This document shows positions 47,343-56,013 of a stretch of 64,000 nucleotides of DNA, piece after piece (position 1 is the first letter of the stretch; each line of letters opens with the position of its first letter). The DNA is from Candidatus Latescibacterota bacterium (lineage in GTDB: Bacteria > Latescibacterota > UBA2968 > UBA8231), in contig OZ244561.1 in the NCBI GenBank assembly GCA_965217585.1, positions 5,760,001-5,824,000 of the forward strand, given 5' to 3'. The translations under genes were made by a program, and so were the position numbers. The notes beneath the pieces were generated by a model. That model made no database searches. It was not told the DNA's origin and saw only the letters and a list, made by a program, of their open reading frames with translations.

Positions 47343-48335
47343 CTAGCCCCCACCGCGCATCATCGCCAGAAACCGCTGGGCATTCCCGGCAAAGTGATCT
47401 TCGATTTCCGCGGGCGTTAGTTGCAGCATCTCAGCCACTTGCCGCTCTTGGCGTAGCTGCTCGTAGATGACGAGCGTGGCCCGCGAGTCGCAGTGCGGCG
47501 TGCCGGAATCGTCCCCAGGATAGAACAGCCAGGCGCGACCATAGGTGATGTACTTGCCGCGCGCACAGCCGGCGACCACGTTGTCCGACCCGAACATCAC
47601 CCGCTTGCGGTCTTCGTGTTTCATCAGCAAATAGTGAGAATACAGGTCGTTCACCGCTGAGGTGTCGTACCATATATTGGGCAGATCGCACAGGAAGTGG
47701 ACGGCCTCTTCCATCATAAAGGAATTGAACGAGCGGGCGCAGTGGGCCAAAATCCACTGCGCGTTGGGGTATTCGCGGGTGTAGCGCGCTAAGTCGCGCT
47801 GGTTGTCTGGGTCGGCTGGGCCGGTGGGTTTGGCGAGGTGCATGGTGATGGCCAGCCTCTTGTGGTGGGCGAGTTCGATGAGGGATTCCGGGAGGAAGTC
47901 GCATATGCGGGCACCGGCTGGGTCTGGGGCAAAGGTGCGGTAGGGTTTGAGCCCGAGGAATCCATATTCATCGACTTGGGCTGCCACGTATTCGGGCGTC
48001 ATATCCGGGGTGACCATCATGTTGATCGCGGATTCGGGGTCGGCGGCAAGCTGGGCCGCCATCCAGGCGTTGTGGCCTGCGGCATCCATGCCCGGCACGG
48101 GGGTGCCCAAGGCCAGCATGTGGAAGGCGCGGCCTGGGTAGAGTTTAGCCGCCCAGTCGAGGTGATCGCGATAGTCGATCTCCTCGCGCAGGCCGGTAGG
48201 CGCACCCGTCAAGGAGCCTCGGTGGTCCTCAGACCACAGGTGCGTGTGCATGTCGTAAACCGTGGCGGGGACGAAGTCTTCGAGTTCTTGCTCCCAGAGC
48301 TGGCGGTCGAAGTCTTGATAGGTAAAAGCGGTCAT
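47343..48335 (-). CDS. amidohydrolase family protein (Amidohydro_2)
   Basis: Motifs DMHTH, GLKPY, ILAH, YDTS, MFGSD and GNA..F. Confidence 0.85.
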   Translation of the reverse strand: MTAFTYQDFDRQLWEQELEDFVPATVYDMHTHLWSEDHRGSLTGAPTGLREEIDYRDHLDWAAKLYPGRAFHMLALGTPVPGMDAAGHNAWMAAQLAADPESAINMMVTPDMTPEYVAAQVDEYGFLGLKPYRTFAPDPAGARICDFLPESLIELAHHKRLAITMHLAKPTGPADPDNQRDLARYTREYPNAQWILAHCARSFNSFMMEEAVHFLCDLPNIWYDTSAVNDLYSHYLLMKHEDRKRVMFGSDNVVAGCARGKYITYGRAWLFYPGDDSGTPHCDSRATLVIYEQLRQERQVAEMLQLTPAEIEDHFAGNAQRFLAMMRGGG

Positions 48336-48414
48336 GGCGTTGTGCTCCTAAGCGGCGCGTTTGACAGAGAACGGCAGGCAACCTAGTGTTGCCCCCAAAA
48401 GGAGGAAATCCAAG

Positions 48415-49302
48415 ATGAACAGAGAAAAGATAGCACCCGAACTAGTCGTGGAAAAGGACGCGCTCATCGGCGAGGGGGCCGTTTGGGACGCGGATGACGA
48501 GTTGTTGTACTGGGTCGATATTCTCGGTGGCGAGGTCTATGTGTACGATCCGGTGAGCGGAATCAACCGCACCATTCCCACGTGCCAAGCCGTGGGCACG
48601 GTGGTCAAGCGGCAGAGCGGTGGCCTCGTCGTGGCTTTGCACAACGGCTTTGCTCACATCGACTTGCGGACGGAGCGCATGGTGCCCCTCGGCGAAGACC
48701 CCGAGTGTGAGATCCCTGCCAATCGCTTCAATGACGGCAAGTGCGACCCGGCCGGGCGGCTGTGGGCGGGGACGATGGAGTTTGGCGGTGCCCGGGACCA
48801 AGGCGCACTCTACTGCCTCGACGTAGATCACTCAGTGAGCCGGAAGGTCGCGCCGGTCAGCATATCCAACGGCATCGTCTGGAGCGCCGACCAGCAGACC
48901 ATGTACTTCATTGACTCCGGCTTGAACAACGTGCGCGCGTACGACTACTGCCGCGACAGCGGGGCCATCAGCAACGAGCGCGTGGTGGTGGAATACGGGG
49001 GGCCAGGGGTGTTAGACGGCATGGCCATCGACGGGGAAGACGCCTTGTGGATCGCCGTGTTCGGAGGGTGGTGCGTCCTATATTACGACCCCCGCTCTGG
49101 GAATTTGCTGCGCCACTTGGAACTGCCCATGTCCAATGTGACGTCCTGTGCCTTTGGTGGCTCGGATCTGGACCAACTCTACATCACCTCGGCTTGCCGG
49201 GGCTTGGATGCCGAGGCGCGGCAGGCTCAGCCTTTGGCTGGGTCGCTAGTGCGGGTTGATCCCGGGGTGCGCGGCGTGCCCTCGGATGCGTTCGCCGGCT
49301 AG
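48415..49302 (+). CDS. SMP-30/gluconolactonase/LRE family lactonase
   Basis: Motifs GEG.VWD, LYWVDI, NRFNDGKCDP.GR.WAGTM, SNGI.WS, DGM.ID and TSCAFGG..L..LYITSA. Confidence 0.92.
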   Translation: MNREKIAPELVVEKDALIGEGAVWDADDELLYWVDILGGEVYVYDPVSGINRTIPTCQAVGTVVKRQSGGLVVALHNGFAHIDLRTERMVPLGEDPECEIPANRFNDGKCDPAGRLWAGTMEFGGARDQGALYCLDVDHSVSRKVAPVSISNGIVWSADQQTMYFIDSGLNNVRAYDYCRDSGAISNERVVVEYGGPGVLDGMAIDGEDALWIAVFGGWCVLYYDPRSGNLLRHLELPMSNVTSCAFGGSDLDQLYITSACRGLDAEARQAQPLAGSLVRVDPGVRGVPSDAFAG

Positions 49303-50087
49303 ATGGCGATGGTGCGCATCTCGTCCGACCAGTCGCGCCACATGTCCTTTTGCGGCGGCTCCTGTTGGGTTTGTTCGATATCCTGCTTGAGAAAATCGTA
49401 GAGCACGGCTTGGCGCAATTGGCGCGAGGTGTTCGGACTAGCCATGTGGCCGAGGCGGTGGTGCCAGAAGACGATGTCGCCGGCCTTGCCGTGGGTATCG
49501 ACGGGCGTGCGCTGGTTGAATGCGGTGCGCACTTTTTCGTAGGCGGCTTCGTTTTGGTCGCGGAGGTACTGCGAGGTGAAGGTCGGGTAGAAGGCGCGAT
49601 GGCTTTCGGGCCAGACCATGAAGCTGCCGCCGTTGGGCGGCACGTCGTCGATGTAGCCGACCACGCCGAGGTGGAAGGGATGGCCGTCGGTGTGGCAGCC
49701 TAGGGTTTGGGGCGGGTGGTCGCCGTAGGGCAGGGTGCAGTAGATGCCGCGGATGCGCTCGGGCTGGACGAGCAGGCCCTTGCCGAGCATTTGTTCGGCC
49801 ATGGCCCATACCTTGGGGTCGGTAGCGAGCAGGCGCACCATCCACTCCTCGCCGCCCGGCTCGCGGAAGTTCCAGCGGAAGCCGCGGCGGTGGTTGGCGC
49901 CGTCGAGGTTTTCTTCGTCTTGGTGGAAGGGGCCAACCCAAGTGGCGGGATCGTCGCGGCGGCGGTCTGGAGGGGCACCGTCCCACAGCCGGGTGCGGGC
50001 GCGCTCCATGAGCGCGGGGTCGAGCACGCCTCGTTTGATGAGGTAGCCGTTGCGCTTGAAGAAGCGCATTTCGTCGGTCGTCAGCAT
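49299..50087 (-). CDS. PhyH family dioxygenase (canonical HxD)
   Basis: Motifs FF..NGYL, CHTDG, GG.F.VWP.SH and AGD.VFWH..LGH. Confidence 0.85.
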   Translation of the reverse strand: MLTTDEMRFFKRNGYLIKRGVLDPALMERARTRLWDGAPPDRRRDDPATWVGPFHQDEENLDGANHRRGFRWNFREPGGEEWMVRLLATDPKVWAMAEQMLGKGLLVQPERIRGIYCTLPYGDHPPQTLGCHTDGHPFHLGVVGYIDDVPPNGGSFMVWPESHRAFYPTFTSQYLRDQNEAAYEKVRTAFNQRTPVDTHGKAGDIVFWHHRLGHMASPNTSRQLRQAVLYDFLKQDIEQTQQEPPQKDMWRDWSDEMRTIAI

Positions 50088-50268
50088 GTTTTCACCTGTT
50101 AGAATTGATTGAGAACGATATGCAAAGTACGCGCACTTGAAAAGGGAAAAGCCGCGATGCTACTGAGATTTACCTACTATTTATTGGGAGTCGAGAAAGC
50201 GGAAATCAGGCCGGGTACAACCAGACTGGTCGGCATTTTCGGTAGCAGTGAACTGAGACGAAGCGTGC

Positions 50269-50297
50269 TTGACAGGTATCAAGTGAAAAAGTAGTAT
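50269..50297 (+). promoter_or_regulatory. putative sigma70 promoter
   Basis: TTGACA-N17-TAGTAT about 200 nt upstream of the ATPase gene. Confidence 0.45.
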
Positions 50298-50502
50298 GAA
50301 GACGCGTCTTATGGACTTCGGCAACAGCCTGAACGAGTACAAATCATATCTGAGCGGCGCGGAAGCGGACATAACGCCGCGATTGCGAGGGACTGGATTA
50401 TAAGTGGGCTTGGACTTTCGCAATGTGGTCGCCGAATTCGAGGCAAAAAAGGTCTCGCAGTGCCGCCACCCCCGTTCATTTGCCTAGTGGATAGGACAGA
50501 AG

Positions 50503-51585
50503 ATGGACAAACACTTTTACGAGACGCTAAAAATTGAGAATTTCCGCGGCATCAAGTCGCTGGAAATCGACGATCTTGCACGGGTCAATCTGTTTGTCGG
50601 CAGAAATAAATGCGGCAAAACCTCGGTGTTGGAGGCGGCGTTTTTGTTGACCGGAATGTCAAATCCGACCTTGCTTGTCAATATAGAAAGTTTGAGAGGT
50701 ATAAATCTCAATGAAAGTTCCCATCTGAGGAACTTCTTTTACCGACAGAAATATACTGAAGGATTTAGATTATTCGGAAAGCAAAAAACAGAAAGCAGAG
50801 AACTCAATGTTAGTTCAGTATATAAAAAGTTCAATGAAGTAGATTCTGCTCCCGCAAACAGTTTGGATAAAGTAGGAGATATGATCGAAACATATATGTT
50901 AAGCTCGGCAACGGAGCAATCATTGAATGGACTAAAATTTAGATTCACTCATTCGGCTAAAAAAAGTCGTCAATACGAAGCTACAATGCGTTTGGTGAAA
51001 TCGGGAGACACCCCATTTAGTTTCCAGTTGGACGAAGAATACAAGGAAAATACACATATTTGGTTTTTGGGTCGGTCATACGGTCCGAATATGGTTGATA
51101 GGATGCTCAATGAAAAGCGCAAGGATGTGCTAGTGAGCTGTCTTCAAGCTATAGAGCCGAAAGTTCAGGATATAAGGATAGGATTGGACGGGATTGTGAT
51201 GGTTGATATTGGAATGGACAACTTCCTGCCGATCAACCACCTTGGAGAAGGAACAATGCGCATTCTAAACATACTCTCCACTATCTACTGGGCTAGGAAC
51301 GAGATTTTGATGATCGACGAGATTGAGAACGGACTCCACGTCTCTTCGGTAGAGCATATGTGGGAGATGATTCTGGAGTCTTCACGGCGAAACCACACAC
51401 AGATATTCATGACGACCCACAGCAGCGATGTCATCAAGGGCTTGAGTCTGGCCTTGCAGGACAAAGCGGATTCAGTCGCCTGCTTCTGGCTGGATAAGTT
51501 CGATGACGACACGATCAAAGCCTACAGATATTCGCCCAGCGCACTAGAAAATGCCTTAGATGTGGGTATCGACATTCGCCATTAG
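50503..51585 (+). CDS. AAA_15/AAA_21 ABC-type ATPase
   Basis: Motifs I.NFRGI, Walker A GRNKCGKT, LGEG, Walker B LMIDEIENGLH and TTHS. Low GC. Confidence 0.88.
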   Translation: MDKHFYETLKIENFRGIKSLEIDDLARVNLFVGRNKCGKTSVLEAAFLLTGMSNPTLLVNIESLRGINLNESSHLRNFFYRQKYTEGFRLFGKQKTESRELNVSSVYKKFNEVDSAPANSLDKVGDMIETYMLSSATEQSLNGLKFRFTHSAKKSRQYEATMRLVKSGDTPFSFQLDEEYKENTHIWFLGRSYGPNMVDRMLNEKRKDVLVSCLQAIEPKVQDIRIGLDGIVMVDIGMDNFLPINHLGEGTMRILNILSTIYWARNEILMIDEIENGLHVSSVEHMWEMILESSRRNHTQIFMTTHSSDVIKGLSLALQDKADSVACFWLDKFDDDTIKAYRYSPSALENALDVGIDIRH

Positions 51586-51587
51586 CC

Positions 51588-52133
51588 ATGACTGATAAAA
51601 CCTTGATTATTGTCGAAGGAAAAGAGGATGAAAATTTCCTGAAGTCCTATATTAAAAAATTGGGCTATTCCGACGAAAATTTTGATTTCCGACCCATATA
51701 CGGAAGGGATAAGCTGCAAGGAGGTGTTAGAATCGAAATTGAACGTGCCTTGAAAAGACACTCAAAGGTTTTAATTATCTTTGACGCCGACTCGGATTGT
51801 GAAAGCACCAAAACCGATATTGAGCATACTCTCGAACGATTGGAAGGATTTAAGATATTTCTTTTTCCAGATGATAATAGTAATGGAGCCGTGGAAAATT
51901 TGCTAGAAAGAATAATAAGGTCGGAACACGAAAGAATTTTTGCGTGCTTTGAGGAATACAGACAGTGCATAAGCAAGTGCATGAGCGAATATGAGCCGCC
52001 TAGTATGAAAGCAAAGATATATGCTTATAAGCAAGTGCTTGGCATTCTTGAAGATCCTTTCGATTCTCATTACTGGGATTTTGAAAATACCGCCTTGGAG
52101 CCGCTGAAAAGTTTTCTGAAGCAGAACTTGTAG
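51588..52133 (+). CDS. DUF3226-like TOPRIM-fold protein
   Basis: Motifs IIVEGKED, IIFDAD and FLFPD....G..E.LL. Confidence 0.78.
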   Translation: MTDKTLIIVEGKEDENFLKSYIKKLGYSDENFDFRPIYGRDKLQGGVRIEIERALKRHSKVLIIFDADSDCESTKTDIEHTLERLEGFKIFLFPDDNSNGAVENLLERIIRSEHERIFACFEEYRQCISKCMSEYEPPSMKAKIYAYKQVLGILEDPFDSHYWDFENTALEPLKSFLKQNL

Positions 52134-52250
52134 AACGATTTCTCTGCGCCTTCAGCCCGCTAAAACCAGACATCTGCCCTCCTAACGAATCTGTCATACG
52201 TCAGGCGAATTCGCCCCGCTTAACGTCCACCCAAATAGGAGCCATAAAAC

Positions 52251-53006
52251 ATGACCGAAGTAGAGCAATATCTGTTTGATCTACAGGGCTATCTGATCGT
52301 CGAGGACGTGTTGGAGGCGGAAGCTGTCGCCGAGCTGAATCGGTTGATCAACCTCCAGTCTATGGGCGAGGATATAGAGCAGGCGCGGGGGCGGCTGCAC
52401 AGCGGCGGGTTTTTGACGTGGGGCCAGCCCTTTGTCGATTTGCTCGACCACGAGCGCATTATGCCGCTGCTCAAGGTGATCCTCGGCGACGGTTTCCGGC
52501 TCGATCACTACTATGCGATTTACCTGGAGGCCGGTGCCGAGCGGCTCGGGTTGCACGGGGGCAACACGCCCTACGACCCACCGGAGTACTATCACTTCCG
52601 CAATGGACGGATGTACAACGGGCTGACGGTCGTCGCCTGGAACTTGGCCGACACGGGGCCGGCGCAGGGTGGTTTTTGCTGCATTCCGGGCAGCCACAAG
52701 GTCAATTATCCCTGTCCACAGGAAATCCGCGAGGCCCATATCGAGGCTGGGTGCGTAGTGGTGCCACAGGCGAAGGCCGGGTCGGTGGTGATTTTTACCG
52801 AGGCGCTCACGCACGGTACCGCACCGTGGCAGGCCGCGCACCAGCGGCGCTCGCTGCTGTTCAAATACAGCCCAGGGCAGCAGTCGTGGTCCAAAAGCCA
52901 CATTGAACCGCCGGACGGCGTCGCCTTGACCGAGCGGCAGGCGCTGCTTTTTGAGCCGCCGTATTTCCACGCGCGGGCCTCGCTTTTTGCAGAGGTGCAA
53001 TCATAA
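52251..53006 (+). CDS. PhyH-like Fe/2OG enzyme, HxG variant
   Basis: Motifs YLFDLQGYL, LHGG, GGFCCIPGSHK and GSV.IFTEALTHGT.PW. Confidence 0.85.
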   Translation: MTEVEQYLFDLQGYLIVEDVLEAEAVAELNRLINLQSMGEDIEQARGRLHSGGFLTWGQPFVDLLDHERIMPLLKVILGDGFRLDHYYAIYLEAGAERLGLHGGNTPYDPPEYYHFRNGRMYNGLTVVAWNLADTGPAQGGFCCIPGSHKVNYPCPQEIREAHIEAGCVVVPQAKAGSVVIFTEALTHGTAPWQAAHQRRSLLFKYSPGQQSWSKSHIEPPDGVALTERQALLFEPPYFHARASLFAEVQS

Positions 53007-53041
53007 CCCGGAGCGCGCTCGACCGACTGGAGATTTGAGAT

Positions 53042-53791
53042 ATGGAAGCGCTGTTTCGTCCCTTTGTGTTTGGGGCCAACGAACGAGCCATCCTCGACCT
53101 CGACGGGCACATCGCGCTGCCGGGCGTCCTGACTGACGCGGCTTGTGCCCAGTTGACCGCGGCGCTGGCGCGCATCCAGTCGCTGCCGCACGGCGACGAG
53201 GACTATCGCCCCCCGCGCTTTGCCGCTGAATTCGACGCTTATTTGGAGAGCCTGATCGGGCATCCGCAACTGCTGGACTTGATGCGCCGAGTGCTGGGGC
53301 CAGAGATTCGCTACGATCACTGCGTGGCATTGAATCGCGAAGGGGGCAATCAGGGGAGCAAGTGGCACAGCCACGAGTACGCCGACGACGATCCGACGCT
53401 GGGTTTTGTGCGGGTGTTTTTTTATGTCAATGGCTTTGCAGCCGACGACGGCGGGTTGAAGGTGGTGCCGGGGAGCCATAGGTATCGAGACCCGGACATT
53501 AGCGCGGAATCGGATGCCGAGTTGGCGCAGGGGTGGATGGCGGGGAAGATGAATGCGATTAGCTTTCAACCGCTCACAATCGAGGAGCTTGCGGTGCCGA
53601 GAGGGACGGTGGTGTTGATGTGGACGCATGCGGCGCATGGAGTCAATCCGCGCAAGGAAGACAGCGACACGCGGTGGTGCGTGGTGTATGCGTATCGCAA
53701 TCCAGGGCGGGAGTCGCGCGCGCGGTGGATTAGTCCGAGCTTTGAACAGAAGCAGATCAAAGGCGCAGAAGGATTGATGAGTTTGTACTAG
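53042..53791 (+). CDS. PhyH-like Fe/2OG enzyme, HxH variant
   Basis: Motifs WHSH, DGGLKVVPGSH, G.VV.MWTHAAHGV and R. Confidence 0.8.
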   Translation: MEALFRPFVFGANERAILDLDGHIALPGVLTDAACAQLTAALARIQSLPHGDEDYRPPRFAAEFDAYLESLIGHPQLLDLMRRVLGPEIRYDHCVALNREGGNQGSKWHSHEYADDDPTLGFVRVFFYVNGFAADDGGLKVVPGSHRYRDPDISAESDAELAQGWMAGKMNAISFQPLTIEELAVPRGTVVLMWTHAAHGVNPRKEDSDTRWCVVYAYRNPGRESRARWISPSFEQKQIKGAEGLMSLY

Positions 53792-53804
53792 AAAGGAAAG
53801 AAAG

Positions 53805-54920
53805 ATGAAAATCGCGGAGATTCGGACGTTTTTGGTGGGCAGGTTTTTGTTGGTGCGGGTCTATACCGATGAGGGGATCGTCGGCAATGGGGAGGCTGGG
53901 CTGTGGGCGCATCACGGGGTGGTAAAAGAGGCGCTTGGGGAGTTGAGTGATTACTACGTGGGCAAGGACCCGCTCCGCATTGAGCATCATTATCAGGTGG
54001 TGTCGCGGTCGGCGCACTTCATGGGCGCGGCGATGAGTGCGGCGATGAGCGCGATAGATATCGCGCTGTGGGATATATTCGGCAAGGCGGTGGGTTTGCC
54101 CGTGTACCAGTTGCTGGGCGGCAAGTGCCGCGACAAGGTAAAGGTGTACGAGAACGTCGGCGGACAGACGCCTGCGGAAGTGCGGGAGAGTGCGCAGGCG
54201 CGAGTGGAGCAGGGGTTTACGTCGTTTCGGATGGGGCCGTTTATCAGCGGGTTTGAGCAGCGCACCAGCACGGCCAACATCTCGACGGCTGTGGAACTGG
54301 TGGCCGCGGCGCGGGAGGCGCTTGGGGACGAGATGGATTTGGGGTTGGAGATCCACCGGAATTTGCGGCCGGAGGAGGCGATCGCACTGGCCACGGAATT
54401 GACGCCCTTTAAGATACTGTACTACGAGGACCCGCTGCCCCCACAGAGCTTCGAGGCTCTCGAGTACATCGCCCGGCACATCAACATCCCAATCGCCACT
54501 GGCGAGCGGTGCTACAATCCCTTCCAGTTTAAGGATTTGATCGACCGCCAGATCGTCAGCCTGATTCGGCCAGACGTATCCTTGGCGGGCGGATTCACGC
54601 AGGTAAAGAAGATTGCCGCGCTGGCGGAGATGGCTTTCGTCGGGGTTTTTCCCCATCTAATGGGCAGCCCCATCAACAACGCGGCGTTCGCGCAGCTAGC
54701 CGCGGCCATTCCCAACTACACGCACACTGAGCACAACGCTCTCAACGGACCAATGACCGAGATCGTCGATGAGCAGCTACGGGTCGAGGGAGGCTATCGG
54801 ATACTGACAGATCGACCGGGGATTGGGGTTGAAATAGTCGAGGACGCGCTGGCGAAGTACCCGTACGAGCGCTGGGCGATCAAGGGCAATTTCCACGCCG
54901 ACGGCTCAGTGGCGCACTAA
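53805..54920 (+). CDS. mandelate racemase/enolase superfamily acid-sugar dehydratase (galactonate dehydratase-like)
   Basis: Motifs V.TDEG..G.GE, SAIDIALWDI.GK...PVYQLLGG..R, EDP, ATGER, PD....GG and PG.GVE. Confidence 0.85.
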   Translation: MKIAEIRTFLVGRFLLVRVYTDEGIVGNGEAGLWAHHGVVKEALGELSDYYVGKDPLRIEHHYQVVSRSAHFMGAAMSAAMSAIDIALWDIFGKAVGLPVYQLLGGKCRDKVKVYENVGGQTPAEVRESAQARVEQGFTSFRMGPFISGFEQRTSTANISTAVELVAAAREALGDEMDLGLEIHRNLRPEEAIALATELTPFKILYYEDPLPPQSFEALEYIARHINIPIATGERCYNPFQFKDLIDRQIVSLIRPDVSLAGGFTQVKKIAALAEMAFVGVFPHLMGSPINNAAFAQLAAAIPNYTHTEHNALNGPMTEIVDEQLRVEGGYRILTDRPGIGVEIVEDALAKYPYERWAIKGNFHADGSVAH

Positions 54921-54943
54921 TCACTACGACGCGGGAGAACGCG

Positions 54944-55855
54944 ATGATCGACCATGCCTTGCGCGACCAGCTAAGGGACGTCCACGCCTATGCGCTGACC
55001 ATTTATCAGCGCGACGATCTCTATGCACTCGACTTGGACGGGTTTGCGCGCAATATAGCGTGGGCTGCCGACAGGGGGGTGCGGATTTTTGTAGTGGCCG
55101 GCGGCACCGGTGAAAATGACGCGTTGGCCCCTCCCGAGCGCGTAGTGTTGGCCGAGTGTGCCCTAGCGACGGTGGGGGAGCGGGCGCTGGTGGTGCCGAC
55201 CTTGCCCGGCAACTTGGGCGAGGCCGCGGATCTAGCACCGCGCTACGAGGCGTTGGGATTGCGCGTGGCGCTGGCGATGGCACCCTACACGCGCCACCAA
55301 GTGCCCGAAGATCCCGCAGGCGTGTATCAATACTACGAGGCGCTGGGGATGCGGTCGGGGCTGGCACTGATGCCCTACAATACGCAGGGCTGGTCGGCCG
55401 AACTTTTCGAGCGGTTGGCCGCGGTGCCGCAGATCACCGCGATCAAGGACCCCTGCATTGAGCCGCACCACCTCTTCCGCGCCATCAAGCGGCTCGGCGA
55501 CCGCTTCGTCTGGATCGGCAATAAGCGCCACGATCCGGGCGTGTTGCACTTCCGCTTCCAGGCCGGAATCGAGGGATTTACTGCTGGTTTTGTCAACTTC
55601 GCTCCGCAGCTAGAGCTGGCGCTTTTTGCCGCCGCACAACGGCAGGATTGGCCGCAGATGATCGAGTTGCAGGAGCAGTTGGCCCCCTTGGAGCGGTTGC
55701 GCTCGCGCTTTGACGACGCCGGCATGCTCAAGACGACGATGGAACTGATGGGGCTAGCTGGCGGTGCGGTGCGTCCGCCTCGTATCAATGTGCCGCCGGC
55801 AGGGCGCGAGGCCATCAAACAGGAGTTGCAGCGCTTGGGGATTTTGGGCACGTAG
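54944..55855 (+). CDS. dihydrodipicolinate synthase family lyase (KDG dehydratase-like)
   Basis: Motifs AGGTGE, PY, YN, I.AIKD (Schiff-base Lys) and G..RPP. Confidence 0.82.
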   Translation: MIDHALRDQLRDVHAYALTIYQRDDLYALDLDGFARNIAWAADRGVRIFVVAGGTGENDALAPPERVVLAECALATVGERALVVPTLPGNLGEAADLAPRYEALGLRVALAMAPYTRHQVPEDPAGVYQYYEALGMRSGLALMPYNTQGWSAELFERLAAVPQITAIKDPCIEPHHLFRAIKRLGDRFVWIGNKRHDPGVLHFRFQAGIEGFTAGFVNFAPQLELALFAAAQRQDWPQMIELQEQLAPLERLRSRFDDAGMLKTTMELMGLAGGAVRPPRINVPPAGREAIKQELQRLGILGT

Positions 55856-55902
55856 GTAATGCAGTGCCGCGGATATAGCAAGCCTAAATCATTCACAAGA
55901 GA

Positions 55903-55931
55903 ATCCGCAGATGGACGCAGATGGACGCAGA
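55903..55931. repeat. short dispersed repeat ATCCGCAGATGGACGCAGATGGACGCAGA
   Basis: Same 10-nt unit as at 4222-4242. Confidence 0.5.
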
Positions 55932-56013
55932 ATAGTATGTGCAAGACGATCCACATATCGAATCGTTCAAGTCATTCAGGACTGCTATATGAGCGGCCAT
56001 TCGCTAGGTTCTG

